From the NCBI GenBank assembly GCA_963755915.1, contig CAVWLP010000002.1, positions 1,760,001 to 1,824,000 of the forward strand: DNA of 64,000 bases, written 5' to 3'. The number at the start of each line of letters is the position of its first letter. Position 1 is the first letter of the stretch. This document shows positions 43,759 through 54,113 of this stretch, piece by piece. The DNA is from an uncultured Phycisphaerales bacterium. GTDB lineage: Bacteria; Planctomycetota; Phycisphaerae; Tepidisphaerales; Tepidisphaeraceae. The translations under genes were made by a program, and so were the position numbers. A model generated the notes under the pieces. It had not been told where the DNA came from. It was given only the letters and a program-made list of their open reading frames with translations, and did not search any database.

Positions 43759-44477
43759 TCCGCTTCTCCTGCCCGGGGTGTGGGCGGAAATTCACCGTCC
43801 CAAATCTCTACGCCGGCAAAAAAGCCAAGTGCAAGACCTGCGATCACGATATCGTGGTTCCGCAATCGACGGATGCGCCGCCGGTTCCGCAGCCGGTGAA
43901 ATCGAATGAAAAACTTCCCGTTCGCACGCGCCGGCTGATTGCCGAGCAGCAGCAGATGCGGCAGGCGTTCAGCAGGGGGGCGCTGATCCGGCTCATGCAC
44001 GTCATCGGCAGCCCGGCTGAGGTGTACAAGGTGGAGTTCAAAATCCGCGGGGTTGAATCGCTTGAATCCGACCAACCGGTCTTTCGCGGCAATCACGTCG
44101 CGGAGATCCGGCTGACGCGCGACTACCCGCGGCTGGCGCCGGCTTGCCGGATGCTTACGCCGATTTTTCACCCCAATATCGATGAATCGACGATCTGCGT
44201 CGGCGATCACTGGGTGGCGGGGGAGCGGCTGACCGACCTGGTTATCCGGATCGGGCAGATGATCGCCTATCAGCAGTACAACATTAAAAGCCCGCTCAAT
44301 GGTGAAGCGGCGATGTGGGCCGATCTCAATCCTGATTTGCTTCCGATCGATGCCCGCGATCTTTATCCGCCGGAACGGCCCAAGGAGCCGCAGCCGATTG
44401 CCGCTCCCGCTGGTGGATCTTCAATTGCTCCAAGTCCCGGCGACCAGAGTCCACGCACCGAAGGCGAGCAGGCATAA
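43755..44477 (+). CDS. Zinc ribbon + ubiquitin-conjugating enzyme E2 (UBC) domain
   Basis: MIRFSCPGC..AGKKAKCKTC; RRLIAE; DYPRLAP..LTPIFHPNIDESTIC..W; SPLNGEAA; ATGA overlap with the upstream stop. Confidence 0.92.
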   Translation: MIRFSCPGCGRKFTVPNLYAGKKAKCKTCDHDIVVPQSTDAPPVPQPVKSNEKLPVRTRRLIAEQQQMRQAFSRGALIRLMHVIGSPAEVYKVEFKIRGVESLESDQPVFRGNHVAEIRLTRDYPRLAPACRMLTPIFHPNIDESTICVGDHWVAGERLTDLVIRIGQMIAYQQYNIKSPLNGEAAMWADLNPDLLPIDARDLYPPERPKEPQPIAAPAGGSSIAPSPGDQSPRTEGEQA

Positions 44478-45952
44478 AACCAGGGCGAGGTAGAGCCGGC
44501 GCATAAAGCGGTCGAAGTCGGCAGTTCGGTGCGAATCGCGGCTGAGGAATTCCAGGAAATGCATCCGCTTGGCGATGCTGCCGTGGCACCAGCTTCGGGC
44601 GGCTACGGGGATATTGTTTACCGCGGCGACGCGCTCGAGGGCGGAACAGAAGACGGCCGCCCCGCGGCGTCCGACGTAATCCGCCTGGGTGTCCTCTTCC
44701 AACAGGGCCGTTTGCGTTGTCGGCCCATCCATCATTGCTTCGACGGTCGCGAAGGTTTCCTGCGGCTGATCGCGAGAAATCTCCTGGATCGCGCGGGCTG
44801 CGAAGACATCCGCCTGGCGCTCAAACTTGCGGCTGACAAATCCAAACGCCAGGGCGAAGAGCCCCATAGAGCCGGCCAGAAGCAGGGCGATCTGAACCGG
44901 CTCGACGAGCCAGTCGTAGCGGGCGTGGAGCGATGTCATCGCGTTGACGAGAATCTGGCCCGGCCCGGCGAAGGCGAGCATGAGGGCCATGATCGCGGCC
45001 ATGAGCCAAATCAGGTGGCGGTGCATGACGTGACCGATTTCGTGGGCGAAGATGGCCTCGATTTGCTCGTCGTGCATCGTCTCCAGCAGCAGGTCGCTGA
45101 GCAGCACGTAGCGGAAGCGCGGGACGAATCCCATGACGGCGGCGTTGCCCATCTGGTTTTCGGTTTTCCAGAGAAGCACGTCGCGATAGCGCACGCCATG
45201 CCGGCGGGCGATTTCGGCCAGCTTGTCTTTCAGGGGGCAATCGGGAAGGGGCTCGGTTCGCAGGACACGGCGGAGAATTTCGGGGCCGAAGATGATCAGC
45301 ATGCCGACGGCCGGGAGGGTTACCAGCGCATCGACCATGTCCTCGCGCTGAGCCATCGCCGGAACGAACTGCATAATCAGGGTGAGGCTATCGTGGACGG
45401 TCACCAGCAGAATTGCGGGGGCGAGCGTGAAAAGAAGCTGCAATCGGAGGTTTACCAGGAAATAGGTGCGGAAGGATGGTGGCCTCTGAACCGGGAGATT
45501 TTCGTTGAGCTGAATGAGAATGTTCTGTTCCCGGAGGGCTCGGTCGGCGGGGAACTGGGCCCACCAGATTCCCATCCAGGAGAGAAATGAGGGCAAACAG
45601 CCGAGAAGCAGGCCTGGCGCATCGAGGGGCAATCGCCCAAAGGCCGTGCGGTCGAGCACGGCGTCGATGAGCGCCCGCCAGCCCAATGCAAAGACTCCGA
45701 CGCCAAGCCACACGGGGATCAGAATCCTGCTGGCGTAGATGACGAAATTGAAAATCCGCAGGCGGCGCTGAACGTGATTGAAATGCGCCGCCCGGGCGAC
45801 GTGGCGGCTCCAGAGCCCGAGGACCAGAATCACAGCGGCATATCCGCCGAGAAAATCGCGCATCCAGCGGCGGACGAGAGTGCGCCGACCGGGGCGAGCT
45901 GCGGGCCGGTCAGCCAGATCACCAGGATAATGAGGGGCAGAAAGCGGGACAT
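44421..45952 (-). CDS. M48 (Ste24/HtpX-like) membrane metalloprotease (5' indel)
   Basis: NAAVMG, IFAHEIGH, SRKFERQAD, HGSIAKR. Confidence 0.9.
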
Positions 45953-46053
45953 CTTTGGTGCCGTTCAACCCTATCGGAGATAGCAAAAATTGTCGAGAAA
46001 ATTTCACGGTTCGGAAGCTGAAGGGACGGGGCGGAACCTGGCAATTTCGCGGT

Positions 46054-46950
46054 TTATTCGCCCATCTGCTGGGACGACGATTGGGCGTTGTGCAGATAGC
46101 CGGTAATCGTGACGGCACAGACCACACCCACGGCAATCACAACAGGAATTGCCCGGATTGCCAGCCTCACCCATCCGGATCGTTTTTTGATTGCGGGCAG
46201 ATCGCCGACCAGCGCCAGCAGCGGCGTGGCAAGCAATATCGCGATCCATCCCTGCTGTGCGCCGGTGAGAGTATCGTCCGTATAAAAATAGGCGTGCACG
46301 AGCAAGAGCTGGAGCATGAGGACGATGGCCTCGGAGAGGCCGTGCGAAAAGGTGATGCGCCTGCCTATCGCTTCGAGGATCACGACGATCAGGCAGACGA
46401 ATGCCAGGGAACCGGCCATCGCGCCGGAGCTGAGAATGTGCCAGCCGAGGGCCATGACGATGGCGGCAGCCGCGGAGATGCCGCCGAGGATCAGCGGTGC
46501 GGTCATCGCGGGCTCGGTCTGGGCAAGCGATTCGAATGCAAACCACCAGAGCAGGGTCGCCAGGGTGGAGACGTCGATCCACATTTCGGCGTCGTTGGGT
46601 GAGATTGATCTGGGAATCTGCGGCGCGAGCAGCAGACGAACCGCGAGGCGCCAGAAGATAATCAGCACGACAGTCCGGACCCAGATGGGGGGCCGGAAAA
46701 GGCTGTCGGCGAAGCTCAAAACGCCGGCCGTTACGCCGAAATAGAAGAGGAGATAGAGGACATTGGCCGAGGGCGGCCAGCCGGGTTTGGTCTCGAGGTT
46801 CCAGAAGGCGATTCCAAACCCGGCTGCCGCCGCCAGTCCCAGGACGCACCGGGCGGTGGGATGCAGCTTCCACAGCAGCAGGGCGATGACGGCGACCAAC
46901 AGCGCCGGCACGACCAGGCCACCGACGATTTGCGTTCCGGTGAACGGCAT
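46054..46950 (-). CDS. Hypothetical polytopic membrane protein
   Basis: About ten hydrophobic segments, no motif recognised. Confidence 0.75.
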   Translation of the reverse strand: MPFTGTQIVGGLVVPALLVAVIALLLWKLHPTARCVLGLAAAAGFGIAFWNLETKPGWPPSANVLYLLFYFGVTAGVLSFADSLFRPPIWVRTVVLIIFWRLAVRLLLAPQIPRSISPNDAEMWIDVSTLATLLWWFAFESLAQTEPAMTAPLILGGISAAAAIVMALGWHILSSGAMAGSLAFVCLIVVILEAIGRRITFSHGLSEAIVLMLQLLLVHAYFYTDDTLTGAQQGWIAILLATPLLALVGDLPAIKKRSGWVRLAIRAIPVVIAVGVVCAVTITGYLHNAQSSSQQMGE

Positions 46951-46962
46951 AGACCGATGGGG

Positions 46963-47540
46963 TTATTGCTTGACCGCTTCAATCGCGACGATGATGTGAA
47001 TCTCATCGGCGATCATGGGCGCGGATCCTTCACCATGCCGAAATCTGAGCGATTGATGGTGAAATCGGCGCGGAATCCGGCGCGGGTCTGGCCCATCATC
47101 GAGCCGGTGCCGGTGTATTCCATCGGCACGGTGATCGACTTGGTCACGCCCTTGAGCGTCAGATCGCCGGTGACGGACATTGTCTTGTCACCCGTCTTGG
47201 TCACGCTCGTGCTTTTGAACGTCATCGCGGGGAACTGCTTGACGTCGAAGAAATCCGGGCCTTTCAGATCGTTGTCGCGCCTGTCATTGCGGGTGCTGAG
47301 CGTGTCGGTGTCGACGCTCAGATTGAAACTCGTTTGCGTCAGGTCGTCGGGGGAAAATGTGACGTCGCCTGTCGGCCCGGCAAATGATCCATATACGTAT
47401 CCCGCGCCGAGGTGATGGACGTCAAAGACCACGAACGAATGCACGGGATCCGCCTGGTAAGCATCCGCTCGCGCGGTGGCGGCCAGCGCCATCAGCATTC
47501 CAAGAACTAGTGCTCCGAGAGAAAACAGTTTCCGGTTCAT
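46963..47540 (-). CDS. YceI family protein (3' indel)
   Basis: DPVHS.V.F.V.HLG, RDNDLKGPDFFD, GDLTLKGVTK, INRSDFG. Confidence 0.93.
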
Positions 47541-47583
47541 ACGGTCTCCTTGTGTAAGAAATCCTTGTGACACCATTGTACGT

Positions 47584-48066
47584 TCAACATTTGGTTTCCT
47601 CGTCCTGGCCGCGGGCTTCTTCCAATAGCTCCAGCAGCGACGAGAGCTTTTCCTTTGACATATGACCCAGGGCGCGCTGGTTCAATTCCGTCATGATCGG
47701 GTCCAGATCCGCGAGGAGCGTCTGGCCTGCCGGTGTGATGGTTGTGTGAACCACTCGCCGGTCGGCGGTCTGACGTTGGCGCTGGACCAGACCTCGCGAT
47801 TCAAGGCGATCGAGCAGGCGGGTCAGGTCGGCATCGCGGGTGATCATCCGGCGGGCGATTTCCTGGCAGGCGATGCCCAGCGGCGACATTCCCCGCAAGA
47901 TTCTCAGGACGTTGTACTGAGTTGGGGTTAACCCGGCAGTCTTCAGCCCGGCCTCGGCCTTGCCCATGAGGCGATCAGCCGTTCGCAGCAGGTTCAGCAC
48001 CACCTCCTGCTCCAGCGAGGTGAAGGGGTCGCGTTTTCCAATCTCCTTCTGGAGTTTGCCGGACAT
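47584..48066 (-). CDS. MarR family transcriptional regulator
   Basis: LTPTQYNVLRIL, LTRLLDRLE.RGLV, DRRVV..IT..G. Confidence 0.94.
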   Translation of the reverse strand: MSGKLQKEIGKRDPFTSLEQEVVLNLLRTADRLMGKAEAGLKTAGLTPTQYNVLRILRGMSPLGIACQEIARRMITRDADLTRLLDRLESRGLVQRQRQTADRRVVHTTITPAGQTLLADLDPIMTELNQRALGHMSKEKLSSLLELLEEARGQDEETKC

Positions 48067-48074
48067 ATCGAGTG

Positions 48075-48103
48075 ATTATAGTTGTTTAAACAAATGTCGT
48101 CAA
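48075..48103 (-). promoter_or_regulatory. Sigma70-type promoter of the marR-yceI unit with a palindromic operator in the spacer
   Basis: TTGACG (48103-48098), 17-nt spacer, TATAAT (48080-48075); perfect palindrome TTGTTTAAACAA at 48082-48093. Confidence 0.75.
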
Positions 48104-48251
48104 TACATATAATTTAAATAGTGGTTTAGGTAACTGCCGATGGGGCAGAAAATTATTATCCCTTTTAAATAAAATACCCAAATTAACAAAGTCAGGGTTT
48201 GATATGGCCGATTCCTGATTTTGCCGGGCATTCCTACAACGAGGAGCGCGT

Positions 48252-48710
48252 ATGAGCCGAGTGATGTCGATGGTCAAAGAGGGTTCTGAAACGAGCAGCG
48301 AAAAGTCCTCCGGCGCCGATCGCCGGGAGCATCGCCGACACGATATCGAAAATCAGGATATTCCGATCGACCGCTGCGAATCGGGGAAGCATTCTGGGCA
48401 GACGTTCGGCAAGCTGGTGGATATTTCGGCGGGCGGGGTGCGCATCCGCACGTGCGAAAGCAACGTGAAGGCCGACCATCAGATCCGGGTTCGCCTGGAG
48501 CTTCCCAACTATGCGGGGATCAGCCCGTTCATTGCCGCCAACGGCAAAAACCTTTCGCCCAAGAGCGAGTGGGTTGGGTGGATGACGGTGAGCCGGGTGG
48601 CGAAGATCAGCAAGGAACAATACGACGTTGCGGGGCGGCTCGTGGACATGGACGAGATCGACCGCGGCATGCTGGGGCTGTACCTCTCGACGCAGCCTCT
48701 CGCGGCGTAA
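48252..48710 (+). CDS. PilZ-domain protein
   Basis: RREHRR (RxxxR) and DISAGG (DxSxxG) motifs. Confidence 0.8.
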   Translation: MSRVMSMVKEGSETSSEKSSGADRREHRRHDIENQDIPIDRCESGKHSGQTFGKLVDISAGGVRIRTCESNVKADHQIRVRLELPNYAGISPFIAANGKNLSPKSEWVGWMTVSRVAKISKEQYDVAGRLVDMDEIDRGMLGLYLSTQPLAA

Positions 48711-48809
48711 ACCGCGCTTTTAAGACAAATTGAACAACCCCACCGGCCCCCGGGTTCTTATACCTTTCCGACCCGAGGGCCGGCCCCTATTTTTGGGGCC
48801 GACTGATTT

Positions 48810-49858
48810 TTACTGCTTACCGACGACGATGATTTCGAAGGTGCCGGGGATAATCCGCGGTCGGTTGCGGCGCGGCCTTTCGCTTTGTTGCGTTGCGGCC
48901 GGCTGAGTGGCGGGGGCTTCGAACTGGGCGGTCACCAAGTAAATGTTGTGAGTCTTGGCGTCCAGGCGCAGGTCCTTGCGTTGCGGGCGGTCTGGACGTT
49001 CTGCTCGACTTCAAAGCTGCTGGGGCTGTTTTCTTTTACGACCGTCAGGGTGCCGTCGCCGTTGGAGGCGAATGCCTCGAGGGTGTCGGGATCAAATGTG
49101 CCGGCGTCGGTTCCGTCTCCGGTGGGTAAAGTCGCGAGGACTTTTCCGCTGTCGGCGTCGAGGACTTCCATGGTTGAATTTCCGCGGCAGGAGAAAATGC
49201 GGCGGTTTTTGGCATCGAGGCCCATTCCGGAGGGTCCTTCGCCATCGCCGCCGAGGGCGTAGCGCGCTGTTACTTTCATCGCGGTGGGATCAACGACGAC
49301 CACTTCGCTGGTGCTTTCGAGGTTGACGTAGACGTGGCCGGCCCCGTCGCTGGCTCCCTGCTCGGGCTCACCGCCGAGATCGATGGTGCCCAGGACGGCG
49401 CCGTCGTTTGCGTCGATGACGGTTTCGTTGGGATCGCGATGGCTTTCGCAGAAAATGCGCTTCGTGAAGGGGTCGAAGAATATCCCGTCCGGTCTTCCGG
49501 TGACCGTTATTTTCTTGATGGTTTTTAGCGTCTTGATGTCAAACATGGTCACGGAGGTATCGCCGCGGTTGGTGGTGAAGCCGTGCCCCGATGACGGGTC
49601 GATTGCAACGCCATGACAGCCCGGCGTATCGTCGAGCTCCCCGACTTTCTGCAGGGTGTCGGCGTCGTAGACATCAAAGCGGGTTGCCCGGGAGATATAA
49701 AGCTTTCGGTTGTCGGGATCGACGGTGAGGTAATCCCAACTTCCATCGCCGCCGACGGTGACTGTTTTCAGGACTTTGTAGGGCCCGCCGGTATCATCGG
49801 CGCGAACCATGGGGGACAACGCGAGCAGGACCCCAACCACCGCCAACCAGATTTTCAT
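48810..49858 (-). CDS. YncE/YVTN-type beta-propeller exported protein (3' indel)
   Basis: Signal peptide, GGDGSWDYL, HGVA, PDGIFFDP, IDLGGEPE; ends PGTFEIIVVGK. Confidence 0.85.
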
Positions 49859-49938
49859 GCTAGACTCCCTCTAAAATGGGCGGGTTTTATACACTGAGGC
49901 TGTGAAAGATGCATGAAAACCATTGAGAAATCAATCGT

Positions 49939-51613
49939 ATGAAAATCGCGCTGGCGCAAATCAATCCGACGGTCGGCGATATCAGTGCGAATTGTCGCAA
50001 GGCCGTCGAGTTTATCGAGCGGGCCAAGAATGCGCGGCGCAGCTGGTGGTTTTTCCGGAGCTGTCGATCATTGGGTATCCGCCGAAGGATTTGTTGCTGA
50101 AGCCGCAGTTCATTGAGGACAATCTTCGCGGGGTTCAATCGGTGGCGGGTTCGGTTCATGGGATTGACGCCGTCGTGGGGTATGCGGAGAGAAATACTGC
50201 GCCTGTGGGGCGGCCGCTGCACAATGCGGTGGCACTGATTCGGGAAGGGAAGATTGTCAGCCGGCATTTTAAGACGCTGCTGCCGACGTATGACGTGTTT
50301 GACGAGAGCCGGTATTTCGAGCCTGGGCCGGCGGGGGAAAAACAGAATCTGGTGCAGCTTGGGGCGGTGGTGGTGGGGCTTTCGATCTGCGAAGACCTGT
50401 GGAACGACGAGCGATTGATCGCCCGGCGGCTGTATCACCAGAATCCGATTGCGGACCTGCATTACGCGGGGGCGCAGATCATGATCAATACCAGCGCGAG
50501 CCCGTTCGTGGTCGGCAAGCATGAGTTCCGGGTGAAACTTTTTTCGTCGCAGGTGCGGCAGTTTGGGCAGCCGCTGGTTTATGTGAACCAGGTGGGGGGG
50601 AATGATGAGCTGATCTTCGACGGGAACAGCCTGGTGCTGGATTCGGGGGGAATCTGATTGCGCAGGCGAAGGATTTCGAGGAGGATTTGCTGGTTGTGGA
50701 TGTTCCGGTGGGGCAGGCGGGCAGTGCAACTCCGGGGCCGATTCATCGGGCCAGCGAAGGGATTGAATCTATCTACAAGGCGCTGCTTCTGGGACTTCGT
50801 GATTATGCGGGCAAGTGCGGGTTTTCCAGTGTTGTTGTAGGGCTTTCGGGGGGGATCGACTCGGCAGTCACGGCGGCGCTGGCGGTGGCGGCGCTGGGGA
50901 AAGATAAAGTCGTCGGCGTGGCGATGCCGAGCCGATTCAGCTCGGATGGTTCGCTGAGTGATGCTAAATCGCTGGCGGAATCGCTGGGGATTGAGTTTCA
51001 TGTGGTTCCGATCGAGGAAGTTCATGCTGCGTATGAACGGACGCTGGCGCCGGCGTTCGCGGGGCGGGGGCCGGATGTCACTGAAGAGAATCTCCAGGCG
51101 AGGATTCGCGGGGCGCTGCTGATGGCGTTCAGCAACAAGTTCAACCACCTTCTGCTGACGACGGGCAACAAGAGCGAAATTGCCGTGGGGTACTGCACGC
51201 TTTATGGAGATATGGCTGGCGGGCTGGCGATTATCTCCGACGTTCCGAAAACTACGATCTGGGAACTGGCGCGGTGGATGAACCGGAATTCGCCTTCGCC
51301 GGTGATCCCGCAGAGCAGCATTGACAAGGTGCCGAGTGCGGAGCTTCGGCCGAATCAGACCGATCAGGATTCGCTGCCACCGTACGATATTCTCGATGCG
51401 ATTTTAAATCGGTACGTCGAGGAAGAAAAAGGGGCGGGGGAGATCATTGCCGAGGGATTCGATCGCGAGACGGTGATGCGGGTGATTCGGCTGATCGACC
51501 GGAGCGAATATAAGCGTCGGCAGGCGGCGCCGGGGTTGAAGGTAACGAGCCGGGCGTTTGGTTTTGGGCGGCGGATGCCGATTGCGCAGAATTATCGGCA
51601 GGGTTTGCCGTGA
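49939..51613 (+). CDS. nadE: Glutamine-dependent NAD+ synthetase (two frameshifts)
   Basis: MKIALAQINPTVGD, FPEL..GYPPKD, ICEDLW, GLSGGIDS, TGNKSE, SAELRPNQ, EYKRRQ. Confidence 0.96.
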
Positions 51614-51641
51614 ATGAGTGGGATTCACGAAGGTTTATGGA

Positions 51642-51675
51642 CGCGCTCCCCTGCGGGTCGCGGCTAAACGAGAGG
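51642..51675 (-). repeat. GTAG/TTAG-type REP-like hairpin
   Basis: GCGCTCCCCTGCGGGTCGCGGCTAAACG; related to 55418 and 59640. Confidence 0.6.
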
Positions 51676-51688
51676 CGGGACGTCGCAT

Positions 51689-51952
51689 ATGGAATCGCCG
51701 AAGAATTCTCCGAGCAAACCTTCCGGCATCTGGTTCCCGGCCAAGCGGTACGGCTGGGGCTGGGGGGCGCCGGTGGCGTGGCAGGGATGGGTGGTCATGA
51801 TTGTGTGGATCGCGTTTCTGATTTTGGGGGCACCTGTGCTTGCGGAGCGGAACTGGATCGCATTTGCGGCATTTTTGATTGTCATGATTGGGGTACTCGT
51901 GGGCATTTGTTACGCGAAGGGGGAGTCGCCGCGGTGGCGGTGGGGGAAATGA
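51689..51952 (+). CDS. Small membrane protein
   Basis: WFPAKRYGWGWG.P..WQGW, two TM helices, KGE.PRWRWG. Confidence 0.85.
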   Translation: MESPKNSPSKPSGIWFPAKRYGWGWGAPVAWQGWVVMIVWIAFLILGAPVLAERNWIAFAAFLIVMIGVLVGICYAKGESPRWRWGK

Positions 51953-52329
51953 GCACGTCATCTCACTCGAGCATTGTCGGGGTTGGATGGCTGGGTGGGC
52001 GGGGTGATCGATTCCCCATATTTCCCCAAAATTCCCCACTTTTTAGGGGCGTCGACGGTGTGGAGTTGGGTCTGACGATTGTGCCGGCGACAGATGACCC
52101 CGAATGCCCCATTTTTCCCCGATTTCGAGAAATTTTTTCCTGGGACTCCATCCGGGGGAGTTGACCGCCCGACACTTTTTGTTTTCGTGGGCAAAATGGC
52201 CGCTTTTTTTAATACAAAACGCAAATGCAATGCGGGGGCAAGGGAGAACCAGATAAGGCCCCAACAGTTTCTCCCTCGCCCCCGCACCCCCTCCACCCTC
52301 TTTCCCTTCCCCTGCTATGTTGGTTGTCA

Positions 52330-52650
52330 AGTGTGGGCCGCATTCGCCGCCTTTATTCTTTTGTCTTTTTAAGCTGTTGCTCGGCCTGTCAGTGTCCGCT
52401 CTGCATGGGCTGTTGCCATCATTGCGGCAACGCTCTTCCTGCTATCCGTACCTGGCGGTTTGCCAGTACACCATGGTCTAATACGTCCGTTGCAGGCGGT
52501 TCACGCTGACCCAATCTAACCGCCGAACGCTCAAGGGCGCTCATAGGGGAAAACGGGCGCGTTACACCGTGGCTCGTCTCTTTCACTTTTATTCCAAGCT
52601 CTTTATCCGTCGTCCATCCAGGCTCCAGAAGTTCGGGGACAACCTTGGCC
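52330..52650 (-). ncRNA. Predicted bridge/seek RNA region of the IS110 element (ends approximate)
   Basis: Guide-like matches to the reconstructed target (52544-52551, 52516-52522) and donor junction (52439-52445), each next to a short stem. Confidence 0.7.
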
Positions 52651-52656
52651 GGCTTT

Positions 52657-53796
52657 TTACGCTGCCAGTTTCAAGCCCAGATCCTGCGCTTTGACCCGGC
52701 CGGTTTTGATCCGCCACAGGTCCACCGCCAGTTGCCGCGCCAAGGCCACCGCGGCTTTCTTGCGCATGGCTCTGGCTCCGGGGTTCTCGAAGACCTGCTT
52801 CCAGCGCTTCAGACGAAAATACTCCGGCTGGAACTTGGGCAGCAGCCACGCCAGTTCCACCAGCACCGTGCGCAGTCGGCGGTTGCCATGTTTGTCGATC
52901 GACAGATTCATCCGGCTCTGGCCTGAGGAGGATTCTCCAGGGCAAAGCCCGGTGTAGCTGGCGATCTGCCGGCGGTTCTGGAAGCGATTCCAGTCGACGA
53001 TCTCACGATCCAGCAGCTCATAGCTGAGGTGTCCGATTCCCTTGATCCGGGCCGATTCGCGGGACTTGGCCTCCGCGCAGAGCTGGCGGGTCAGTTCATC
53101 TCGCTTCTGGTCCATCATCTCTACCATCTCCAGGTCGCGGGCAAGCTCCTTGCGGATCGGTTCGATCAGTTCTGAGCCGTAGAGTTCTTCCAGCTTTTTC
53201 AGCAGCGGCTCACACGCCAGCGGCTCCCACCATTTTCCCGGGCGATGGATGCCGAGGCTGTGCAGCAGGCTTCGTCCACGGGCGATCCAGCGCTGCCGTT
53301 CCTTTCGGTAGGTGTTGCGCTCGCGCCCCAGGCGGCGGTGGATCTCCTGGGCCACCGTGGGGACACGCACCAGACGCAGCGCCGTCGTGTTGCCGGCGAG
53401 ATGCCGGTCCAGACGCGAGAGCAGTTCGGTGGCGTCGATCTTGTCGTTGACTCTCTTGCGGCCGCGGGACAGACGTTCGGGGGCACAGACCAGGCACTCT
53501 ACGCCCAGGGCGGTGGCTTCGCGGTGCAACGCGAAGCCGTAGGGACCGGCTTCGTAGACCATCACCACGCGTTTGGCCAGCGTCAGCTGCTTTTTGAGAA
53601 ACTCGATGAAGACGGCCGGCGAGAGTTTTTGGGCCGGTTGAATCCCCTGATGATCGACCATCCGTGCGAAGGTATATTGCTGGCTGTGGGTATCCACGCC
53701 GAGTTTGATCACCTCGTGCGACTGATTGGGCTTCGAGACTCTCTCCCCTCGAACTTGGGAGGCCTTGCGGCTACCTTTAGAAGAATTGTGTTTCAT
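52657..53796 (-). CDS. IS110-family DEDD transposase/recombinase
   Basis: LGVDTH, YEAGPYG, VNDKIDA, IKGIG, YTGLCPGESSSG, GNRRLR, AVALARQL. Confidence 0.95.
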   Translation of the reverse strand: MKHNSSKGSRKASQVRGERVSKPNQSHEVIKLGVDTHSQQYTFARMVDHQGIQPAQKLSPAVFIEFLKKQLTLAKRVVMVYEAGPYGFALHREATALGVECLVCAPERLSRGRKRVNDKIDATELLSRLDRHLAGNTTALRLVRVPTVAQEIHRRLGRERNTYRKERQRWIARGRSLLHSLGIHRPGKWWEPLACEPLLKKLEELYGSELIEPIRKELARDLEMVEMMDQKRDELTRQLCAEAKSRESARIKGIGHLSYELLDREIVDWNRFQNRRQIASYTGLCPGESSSGQSRMNLSIDKHGNRRLRTVLVELAWLLPKFQPEYFRLKRWKQVFENPGARAMRKKAAVALARQLAVDLWRIKTGRVKAQDLGLKLAA

Positions 53797-54113
53797 GGTT
53801 GTCGGGTTTAGTCGACGGTGGCTAGCCCGACAACCAACATGCCATCTAACCGTCCAAGGCCAAAGGCAACGAACAGACGCATTGCTGCGGATTTTCAGGC
53901 CTATTTGTGCTTGGACCATCGGGCAGGTGAAGATCGTGGGGCCAGCCGGACGGTATTGGCGGTTTTACTGGTTCACGTCCTGCGACAAAGGAAAGAAGCC
54001 GAGCGCATCATTGAGGTGGGGTGAAATCTGACTCGACCGAAAAAAGTGTCGGGCGGTCAACCCGGGGTGAGAGGGAGGGGGTTGGGAAGCGACGGATTGG
54101 AAAAATAGCACCC

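Larger units (their letters stand above)
52312..53847 (-). mobile_element. IS110-family element, IS1111-type layout
   Basis: 12-bp subterminal IRs ATGTTGGTTGTC (52317-52328) and GACAACCAACAT (53829-53840); CT core at 52312-52313 and 53846-53847; long non-coding region 3' of the transposase. Confidence 0.88.
52160..54061. mobile_element. Putative MITE or IS remnant (~370 bp without the nested IS) bounded by 21-bp IRs and interrupted by IS110
   Basis: GTTGACCGCCCGACACTTTTT at 52160-52180 and its perfect reverse complement at 54041-54061; no clear TSD. Confidence 0.5.

Noticed and set aside
40468-44477. CBASS type II or molybdopterin/thiamine sulfur-relay reading of the E1-JAB genes
   Set aside because: No CD-NTase, effector, rhodanese, or MoaD/ThiS pathway genes nearby; E2 and RING point to conjugation.
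53844-53852. GTTAGAT (GTTRRRY) at the IS110 end as an integron attC site
   Set aside because: No matching RYYYAAC hairpin or cassette array; the motif is explained by the IS-target junction.
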